Below, one piece after another: positions 53,901 through 64,000 of a stretch of 64,000 bases of DNA. Every line of letters begins with the position of its first letter. Positions within the stretch are counted from its first letter, which is position 1. The stretch covers positions 248,001 through 312,000 of the forward strand of contig OZ059895.1 in assembly GCA_964057225.1 (NCBI GenBank). Reading direction: 5' to 3'. Source of the stretch: Auanema rhodensis. Lineage: Eukaryota; Animalia; Nematoda. The translations under genes were made by a program, and so were the position numbers. The notes below the pieces were generated by a model, which was not told the origin of the DNA, searched no databases, and worked only from the letters and a program-made list of their open reading frames with translations.

Positions 53901-56327
53901 ATTGCTTCCAAAAACATTTTGACAAAAATTTTTTCGAAAAATTTCAAAATAATTTAGCAAAAAGTAGATGTTTTTAGATTCCATTTTTCAAGGCAAAGAC
54001 GATGGACAATGTTATTCAACGAAAAAATTAATTCTTCAGGGTGAAAATCGAGGATATAAGTGTGAACTTATATCAGTTGATATCTCGGTGCATTTTTAAG
54101 CTAGCGCAAATCTGATAACACAGATCGACGCAGCTTAAAAATCCGCATCGAATGCACTATACTACATTGAGAAACGCTTGATACAAAAATTAGTTATGAT
54201 TGTTTGAAAAATGATGCATTAGTGTATGTTGAGTTTCCATGTACACTCAACATTGCTTCCAAAAACATTTTGACAAAAATTTTTTCGAAAAATTTCAAAA
54301 TAATTTAGCAAAAAGTAGATGTTTTTAGATTCCTTTTCTTAAGGCAAAGACGATGGACAATGTTATTCAACGAAAAAATTAATTCTTCAGGGTGAAAATC
54401 GAGGATATAAGTGTGAACTTATATCAGTTGATATCTCGGTGCATTTTTAAGCTAGCGCAAATCTGATAACACAGATCGACGCAACTTAAAAATCCGCATC
54501 GAATGCACTATACTACATCGAGAAACGCTTGATACAAAAATTAGTTATGATCGTTTGAAAAATGATGCATTAGTGTATGTTGAGTTTCCATGTACACTCA
54601 ACATTGCTTCCAAAAACATTTTGACAAAAATTTTTTCGAAAAATTTCAAAATAATTTAGCAAAAAGTAGATGTTTTTAGATTCCATTTTTCAAGGCAAAG
54701 ACGATGGACAATGTTATTCAACGAAAAAATTAATTCTTCAGGGTGAAAATCGAGGATATAAGTGTGAACTTATATCAGTTGATATCTCGGTGCATTTTTA
54801 AGCTAGCGCAAATCTGATAACACAGATCGACGCAGCTTAAAAATCCGCATCGAATGCACTATACTACATTGAGAAACGCTTGATACAAAAATTAGTTATG
54901 ATTGTTTAAAAAATGATGCATTAGTGTATGTTGAGTTTCCATGTACACTCAACATTGCTTCCAAAAACATTTTGACAAAAATTTTTTCGAAAAATTTCAA
55001 AATAATTTAGCAAAAAGTAGATGTTTTTAGATTCCTTTTCTTAAGGCAAAGACGATGGACAATGTTATTCAACGAAAAAATTAATTCTTCAGGGTGAAAA
55101 TCGAGGATATAAGTGTGAACTTATATCAGTTGATATCTCGGTGCATTTTTAAGCTAGCGCAAATCTGATAACACAGATCGACGCAGCTTAAAAATCCGCA
55201 TCGAATGCACTATACTACATTGAGAAACGCTTAATACACAAATTAGTTATGATCGTTTGAAAAATGATGCATTAGTGTATGTTGAGTTTCCATGTACACT
55301 CAACATTGCTTCCAAAAACATTTTGACAAAAATTTTTTCGAAAAATTTCAAAATAATTTAGCAAAAAGTAGATGTTTTTAGATTCCATTTTTCAAGGCAA
55401 AGACGATAGACAATGTTATTCAACGAAAAAATTGATTCTTCAGGGTGAAAATCGAGGATATAAGTGTGAACTTATATCAGTTGATATCTCGGTGCATTTT
55501 TAAGCTAGCGCAAATCTGATAACACAGATCGACGCAGCTTAAAAATCCGCATCGAATGCACTATACTACATTGAGAAACGCTTGATACAAAAATTAGTTA
55601 TGATTGTTTGAAAAATGATGCATTAGTGTATGTTGAGTTTCCATGTACACTCAACATTGCTTCCAAAAACATTTTGACAAAAATTTTTTCGAAAAATTTC
55701 AAAATAATTTAGCAAAAAGTAGATGTTTTTAGATTCCTTTTCTTAAGGCAAAGACGATGGACAATGTTATTCAACGAAAAAATTAATTCTTCAGGGTGAA
55801 AATCGAGGATATAAGTGTGAACTTATATCAGTTGATATCTCGGTGCATTTTTAAGCTAGCGCAAATCTGATAACACAGATCGACGCAGCTTAAAAATCCG
55901 CATCGAATGCACTATACTACATTGAGAAACGCTTAATACACAAATTAGTTATGATCGTTTGAAAAATGATGCATTAGTGTATGTTGAGTTTCCATGTACA
56001 CTCAACATTGCTTCCAAAAACATTTTGACAAAAATTTTTTCGAAAAATTTCAAAATAATTTAGCAAAAAGTAGATGTTTTTAGATTTCTTTTTTCAAGGC
56101 AAAGACGATGGACCAAGCTATTCAACGAAAAAATTAATTCTTCAGGGTGAAAATCGAGGATATAAGTGTGAACTTATATCAGTTGATATCTCGGTGCATT
56201 TTTAAGCTAGCGCAAATCTGATAACACAGATCGACGCAGCTTAAAAATCCGCATCGAATGCACTATACTGCATTGAAAAACGCTTGATACAAAAATTAGT
56301 TATGATTGTTTGAAAAATGATGCATTA

Positions 56328-56663
56328 GTGTATGTTGAGTTTCCATGTACACTCAACATTGCTTCCAAAAACATTTTGACAAAAATTTTTTCGAAAAATT
56401 TCAAAATAATTTAGCAAAAAGTAGATGTTTTTAGATTCCTTTTCTTAAGGCAAAGACGATGGACAATGTTATTCAACGAAAAAATTAATTCTTCAGGGTG
56501 AAAATCGAGGATATAAGTGTGAACTTATATCAGTTGATATCTCGGTGCATTTTTAAGCTAGCGCAAATCTGATAACACAGATCGACGCAGCTTAAAAATC
56601 CGCATCGAATGAACTATACTACATTGAGAAATTAGTTATGATCGTTTGAAAAATGATGCATTA
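56328..56663 (-). repeat. 336-bp deletion-variant monomer
   Basis: GAGAAATTAG replaces GAGAAACGCTTGATACAAAAATTAG: 15 bp lost at ~56629-56631 between AAA microhomologies. Confidence 0.93.
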
Positions 56664-56899
56664 GTGTATGTTGAGTTTCCATGTACACTCAACATTGCTT
56701 CCAAAAACATTTTGACAAAAATTTTTTCGAAAAATTTCAAAATAATTTAGCAAAAAGTAGATGTTTTTAGATTCCATTTTTCAAGGCAAAGACGATGGAC
56801 AATGTTATTCAACGAAAAAATTAATTCTTCAGGGTGAAAATCGAGGATATAAGTGTGAACTTATATCAGTTGATATCTCGGTGCATTTTTAAGCTAGCG

Positions 56900-59800
56900 C
56901 AAATCTGATAACACAGATCGACGCAGCTTAAAAATCCGCATCGAATGCACTAAACTACATTGAGAAACGCTTGATACAAAAATTAGTTATGATCGTTTGA
57001 AAAATGATGCATTAGTGTATGTTGAGTTTCCATGTACACTCAACATTGCTTCCAAAAACATTTTGACAAAAATTTTTTCGAAAAATTTCAAAATAATTTA
57101 GCAAAAAGTAGATGTTTTTAGATTCCATTTTTCAAGGCAAAGACGATGGACAATGTTATTCAACGAAAAAATTAATTCTTCAGGGTGAAAATCGAGGATA
57201 TAAGTGTGAACTTATATCAGTTGATATCTCGGTGCATTTTTAAGCTAGCGCAAATCTGATAACACAGATCGACGCAGCTTAAAAATCCGCATCGAATGCA
57301 CTAAACTACATTGAGAAACGCTTGATACAAAAATTAGTTATGATCGTTTGAAAAATGATGCATTAGTGTATGTTGAGTTTCCATGTACACTCAACATTGC
57401 TTCCAAAAACATTTTGACAAAAATTTTTTCGAAAAATTTCAGAATAATTTAGCAAAAAGTAGATGTTTTTAGATTCCATTTTTCAAGGCAAAGACGATGG
57501 ACAATGCTATTCAACGAAAAAATTAATTCTTCAGGGTGAAAATCGAGGATATAAGTGTGAACTTATATCAGTTGATATCTCGGTGCATTTTTAAGCTAGC
57601 GCAAATCTGATAACACAGATCGACGCAGCTTAAAAATGAGCATCGAATGCACTATACTACATTGAGAAACGCTTGATACAAAAATTAGTTATGATCGTTT
57701 GAAAAATGATGCATTAGTGTATGTTGAGTTTCCATGTACACACAACATTGCTTCCAAAAACATTTTGACAAAAACTTTTTCGAAAAATTTCAAAATAATT
57801 TAGCAAAAAGTAGATGTTTTTAGATTCTTTTTTTTAAGGCAAAGACGATGGACAATGTTATTCAACGAAAAAATTAATTCTTCAGGGTGAAAATCGAGGA
57901 TATAAGTGTGAACTTATATCAGTTGATATCTCGGTGCATTTTTAAGCTAGCGCAAATCTGATAACACAGATCGACGCAGCTTAAAAATCCGCATCGAATG
58001 CACTATACTACATTGAGAAACGCTTGATACAAAAATTAGTTATGATTGTTTGAAAAATGATGCATTAGTGTATGTTGAGTTTCCATGTACACTCAACATT
58101 GCTTCCAAAAACATTTTGACAAAAATTTTTTCGAAAAATTTCAAAATAATTTAGCAAAAAGTAGATGTTTTTAGATTCCATTTTTCAAGGCAAAGACGAT
58201 AGGCAATGTTATTCAACGAAAAAATTAATTCTTCAGGGTGAAAATCGAGGATATAAGTGTGAACTTATATCAGTGGATATCTCGGTGCATTTTTAAGCTA
58301 GCGCAAATCTGATAACACAGATCGACGCAGCTTAAAAATCCGCATCGAATGCACTATACTACATCGAGAAACGCTTGATACAAAAATTAGTTATGATCGT
58401 TTGAAAAATGATGCATTAGTGTATGTTGAGTTTCCATGTACACTCAACATTGCTTCCAAAAACATTTTGACAAAAATTTTTTCGAAAAATTTCAAAATAA
58501 TTTAGCAAAAAGTAGATGTTTTTAGATTCCATTTTTCAAGGCAAAGACGATAGACAATGTTATTCAACGAAAAAATTAATTCTTCAGGGTGAAAATCGAG
58601 GATATAAGTGTGAACTTATATCAGTTGATATCTCGGTGCATTTTTAAGCTAGCGCAAATCTGATAACACAGATCGACGCAGCTTAAAAATCCGCATCGAA
58701 TGCACTAAACTACATTGAGAAACGCTTGATACAAAAATTAGTTATGATCGTTTGAAAAATGATGCATTAGTGTATGTTGAGTTTCCATGTACACTCAACA
58801 TTGCTTCCAAAAACATTTTGACAAAAATTTTTTCGAAAAATTTCAAAATAATTTAGCAAAAAGTAGATGTTTTTAGATTCCATTTTTCAAGGCAAAGACG
58901 ATGGACAATGTTATTCAACGAAAAAATTAATTCTTCAGGGTGAAAATCGAGGATATAAGTGTGAACTTATATCAGTTGATATCTCGGTGCATTTTTAAGC
59001 TAGCGCAAATCTGATAACACAGATCGACGCAGCTTAAAAATCCGCATCGAATGCACTAAACTACATTGAGAAACGCTTGATACAAAAATTAGTTATGATC
59101 GTTTGAAAAATGATGCATTAGTGTATGTTGAGTTTCCATGTACACTCAACATTGCTTCCAAAAACATTTTGACAAAAATTTTTTCGAAAAATTTCAGAAT
59201 AATTTAGCAAAAAGTAGATGTTTTTAGATTCCATTTTTCAAGGCAAAGACGATGGACAATGCTATTCAACGAAAAAATTAATTCTTCAGGGTGAAAATCG
59301 AGGATATAAGTGTGAACTTATATCAGTTGATATCTCGGTGCATTTTTAAGCTAGCGCAAATCTGATAACACAGATCGACGCAGCTTAAAAATGAGCATCG
59401 AATGCACTATACTACATTGAGAAACGCTTGATACAAAAATTAGTTATGATCGTTTGAAAAATGATGCATTAGTGTATGTTGAGTTTCCATGTACACACAA
59501 CATTGCTTCCAAAAACATTTTGACAAAAACTTTTTCGAAAAATTTCAAAATAATTTAGCAAAAAGTAGATGTTTTTAGATTCTTTTTTTTAAGGCAAAGA
59601 CGATGGACAATGTTATTCAACGAAAAAATTAATTCTTCAGGGTGAAAATCGAGGATATAAGTGTGAACTTATATCAGTTGATATCTCGGTGCATTTTTAA
59701 GCTAGCGCAAATCTGATAACACAGATCGACGCAGCTTAAAAATCCGCATCGAATGCACTATACTACATTGAGAAACGCTTGATACAAAAATTAGTTATGA

Positions 59801-60410
59801 TTGTTTGAAAAATGATGCATTAGTGTATGTTGAGTTTCCATGTACACTCAACATTGCTTCCAAAAACATTTTGACAAAAATTTTTTCGAAAAATTTCAAA
59901 ATAATTTAGCAAAAAGTAGATGTTTTTAGATTCCATTTTTCAAGGCAAAGACGATAGGCAATGTTATTCAACGAAAAAATTAATTCTTCAGGGTGAAAAT
60001 CGAGGATATAAGTGTGAACTTATATCAGTGGATATCTCGGTGCATTTTTAAGCTAGCGCAAATCTGATAACACAGATCGACGCAGCTTAAAAATCCGCAT
60101 CGAATGCACTATACTACATCGAGAAACGCTTGATACAAAAATTAGTTATGATCGTTTGAAAAATGATGCATTAGTGTATGTTGAGTTTCCATGTACACTC
60201 AACATTGCTTCCAAAAACATTTTGACAAAAATTTTTTCGAAAAATTTCAAAATAATTTAGCAAAAAGTAGATGTTTTTAGATTCCATTTTTCAAGGCAAA
60301 GACGATAGACAATGTTATTCAACGAAAAAATTAATTCTTCAGGGTGAAAATCGAGGATATAAGTGTGAACTTATATCAGTTGATATCTCGGTGCATTTTT
60401 AAGCTAGCGC
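56900..60410 (-). repeat. 5-monomer (1755-bp) tandem higher-order duplication (boundaries approximate)
   Basis: GCACTAAAC (56953/58708), AAAATGAGCATC (57638/59393), AAAACTTTTT (57775/59530), CAGTGGATA (58275/60030) and GATAGAC (58552/60307) all recur at 1755 bp. Confidence 0.9.
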
Positions 60411-61577
60411 AAATCTGATAACACAGATCGACGCAGCTTAAAAATCCGCATCGAATGCACTATACTACATTGAGAAACGCTTGATACAAAAATTAGTTAT
60501 GATTGTTTGAAAAATGATGCATTAGTGTATGTTGAGTTTCCATGTACACTCAACATTGCTTCCAAAAACATTTTGACAAAAATTTTTTCGAAAAATTTCA
60601 AAATAATTTAGCAAAAAGTAGATGTTTTTAGATTCCTTTTCTTAAGGCAAAGACGATGGACAATGTTATTCAACGAAAAAATTAATTCTTCAGGGTGAAA
60701 ATCGAGGATATAAGTGTGAACTTATATCAGTTGATATCTCGGTGCATTTTTAAGCTAGCGCAAATCTGATAACACAGATCGACGCAACTTAAAAATCCGC
60801 ATCGAATGCACTATACTACATCGAGAAACGCTTGATACAAAAATTAGTTATGATCGTTTGAAAAATGATGCATTAGTGTATGTTGAGTTTCCATGTACAC
60901 TCAACATTGCTTCCAAAAACATTTTGACAAAAATTTTTTCGAAAAATTTCAAAATAATTTAGCAAAAAGTAGATGTTTTTAGATTCCTTTTCTTAAGGCA
61001 AAGACGATGGACAATGTTATTCAACGAAAAAATTAATTCTTCAGGGTGAAAATCGAGGATATAAGTGTGAACTTATATCAGTTGATATCTCGGTGCATTT
61101 TTAAGCTAGCGCAAATCTGATAACACAGATCGACGCAACTTAAAAATCCGCATCGAATGCACTATACTACATCGAGAAACGCTTGATACAAAAATTAGTT
61201 ATGATCGTTTGAAAAATGATGCATTAGTGTATGTTGAGTTTCCATGTACACTCAACATTGCTTCCAAAAACATTTTGACAAAAATTTTTTCGAAAAATTT
61301 CAAAATAATTTAGCAAAAAGTAGATGTTTTTAGATTCCATTTTTCAAGGCAAAGACGATGGACAATGTTATTCAACGAAAAAATTAATTCTTCAGGGTGA
61401 AAATCGAGGATATAAGTGTGAACTTATATCAGTTGATATCTCGGTGCATTTTTAAGCTAGCGCAAATCTGATAACACAGATCGACGCAGCTTAAAAATCC
61501 GCATCGAATGCACTATACTACATTGAGAAACGCTTGATACAAAAATTAGTTATGATTGTTTGAAAAATGATGCATTA

Positions 61578-64000
61578 GTGTATGTTGAGTTTCCATGTAC
61601 ACTCAACATTGCTTCCAAAAACATTTTGACAAAAATTTTTTCGAAAAATTTCAAAATAATTTAGCAAAAAGTAGATGTTTTTAGATTCCTTTTCTTAAGG
61701 CAAAGACGATGGACAATGTTATTCAACGAAAAAATTAATTCTTCAGGGTGAAAATCGAGGATATAAGTGTGAACTTATATCAGTTGATATCTCGGTGCAT
61801 TTTTAAGCTAGCGCAAATCTGATAACACAGATCGACGCAACTTAAAAATCCGCATCGAATGCACTATACTACATCGAGAAACGCTTGATACAAAAATTAG
61901 TTATGATCGTTTGAAAAATGATGCATTAGTGTATGTTGAGTTTCCATGTACACTCAACATTGCTTCCAAAAACATTTTGACAAAAATTTTTTCGAAAAAT
62001 TTCAAAATAATTTAGCAAAAAGTAGATGTTTTTAGATTCCATTTTTCAAGGCAAAGACGATAGGCAATGTTATTCAACGAAAAAATTAATTCTTCAGGGT
62101 GAAAATCGAGGATATAAGTGTGAACTTATATCAGTTGATATCTCGGTGCATTTTTAAGCTAGCGCAAATCTGATAACACAGATCGACGCAGCTTAAAAAT
62201 CCGCATCGAATGCACTATACTACATCGAGAAACGCTTGATACAAAAATTAGTTATGATCGTTTGAAAAATGATGCATTAGTGTATGTTGAGTTTCCATGT
62301 ACACTCAACATTGCTTCCAAAAACATTTTGACAAAAATTTTTTCGAAAAATTTCAAAATAATTTAGCAAAAAGTAGATGTTTTTAGATTCCATTTTTCAA
62401 GGCAAAGACGATAGACAATGTTATTCAACGAAAAAATTAATTCTTCAGGGTGAAAATCGAGGATATAAGTGTGAACTTATATCAGTTGATATCTCGGTGC
62501 ATTTTTAAGCTAGCGCAAATCTGATAACACAGATCGACGCAGCTTAAAAATCCGCATCGAATGCACTATACTACATTGAGAAACGCTTGATACAAAAATT
62601 AGTTATGATTGTTTGAAAAATGATGCATTAGTGTATGTTGAGTTTCCATGTACACTCAACATTGCTTCCAAAAACATTTTGACAAAAATTTTTTCGAAAA
62701 ATTTCAAAATAATTTAGCAAAAAGTAGATGTTTTTAGATTCCTTTTCTTAAGGCAAAGACGATGGACAATGTTATTCAACGAAAAAATTAATTCTTCAGG
62801 GTGAAAATCGAGGATATAAGTGTGAACTTATATCAGTTGATATCTCGGTGCATTTTTAAGCTAGCGCAAATCTGATAACACAGATCGACGCAACTTAAAA
62901 ATCCGCATCGAATGCACTATACTACATCGAGAAACGCTTGATACAAAAATTAGTTATGATCGTTTGAAAAATGATGCATTAGTGTATGTTGAGTTTCCAT
63001 GTACACTCAACATTGCTTCCAAAAACATTTTGACAAAAATTTTTTCGAAAAATTTCAAAATAATTTAGCAAAAAGTAGATGTTTTTAGATTCCATTTTTC
63101 AAGGCAAAGACGATAGGCAATGTTATTCAACGAAAAAATTAATTCTTCAGGGTGAAAATCGAGGATATAAGTGTGAACTTATATCAGTTGATATCTCGGT
63201 GCATTTTTAAGCTAGCGCAAATCTGATAACACAGATCGACGCAGCTTAAAAATCCGCATCGAATGCACTATACTACATCGAGAAACGCTTGATACAAAAA
63301 TTAGTTATGATCGTTTGAAAAATGATGCATTAGTGTATGTTGAGTTTCCATGTACACTCAACATTGCTTCCAAAAACATTTTGACAAAAATTTTTTCGAA
63401 AAATTTCAAAATAATTTAGCAAAAAGTAGATGTTTTTAGATTCCATTTTTCAAGGCAAAGACGATAGACAATGTTATTCAACGAAAAAATTAATTCTTCA
63501 GGGTGAAAATCGAGGATATAAGTGTGAACTTATATCAGTTGATATCTCGGTGCATTTTTAAGCTAGCGCAAATCTGATAACACAGATCGACGCAGCTTAA
63601 AAATCCGCATCGAATGCACTATACTACATTGAGAAACGCTTGATACAAAAATTAGTTATGATTGTTTGAAAAATGATGCATTAGTGTATGTTGAGTTTCC
63701 ATGTACACTCAACATTGCTTCCAAAAACATTTTGACAAAAATTTTTTCGAAAAATTTCAAAATAATTTAGCAAAAAGTAGATGTTTTTAGATTCCTTTTC
63801 TTAAGGCAAAGACGATGGACAATGTTATTCAACGAAAAAATTAATTCTTCAGGGTGAAAATCGAGGATATAAGTGTGAACTTATATCAGTTGATATCTCG
63901 GTGCATTTTTAAGCTAGCGCAAATCTGATAACACAGATCGACGCAACTTAAAAATCCGCATCGAATGCACTATACTACATCGAGAAACGCTTGATACAAA
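61578..64000 (-). repeat. 3-monomer (1053-bp) higher-order repeat running to the window end (start approximate)
   Basis: GATAGGC (62062/63115), GATAGAC (62413/63466) and CTTTTCTTAAGG+GCAACT monomers recur every 1053 bp. Confidence 0.8.

Larger units (their letters stand above)
50987..64000 (-). repeat. Same 351-bp satellite, reverse-complement block (36 complete monomers plus two partials; open at window end)
   Basis: TGATGCATTA (reverse complement of the monomer start) ends at 51062, 51413, 51764 ... 56327, then 56663 (15 bp short) ... 63683, otherwise at 351-bp spacing. Confidence 0.99.

Noticed and set aside
1-64000. CRISPR-like array (regularly spaced palindromic repeats)
   Set aside because: The sequence between the hairpins is as invariant as the hairpins themselves. 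There are no unique spacers, no leader and no cas genes.
50986-64000. Fold-back sequencing artefact as the cause of the inversion
   Set aside because: The reverse arm has its own variant set, its own deletion and its own higher-order repeats rather than mirroring the forward arm. A misjoin of two real arrays still needs read-level exclusion.

Overview
The whole window is one AT-rich (~31% GC by hand count) tandem satellite DNA with a 351-bp monomer, about 183 near-identical copies. I find no genes, RNA genes, CRISPR array or transposon sequence. The array is typical of eukaryotic (peri)centromeric heterochromatin. CpG is not depleted, which suggests an invertebrate-type host, but I cannot name the family or species. 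Positions 1-50986 hold 145 complete monomers plus a 205-bp partial one. At 50986 the array switches strand (monomer position 205 is joined to position 77 of the opposite strand), and about 37 reverse-complement monomers run to the window end. This makes a giant inverted repeat whose two arms carry different variant sets. Other structure: four dyad symmetries inside each monomer; a 38-bp deletion that removes one hairpin, present in three copies; one 15-bp microhomology deletion; local 3-, 5- and 7-monomer higher-order duplications; a gradient of variant turnover along the array; and more private SNPs near the inversion. The two 75-aa ORFs come from a single stop-loss SNP copied by a 3-monomer duplication. 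I see no evidence for a novel protein-coding system; what is interesting here is array architecture.
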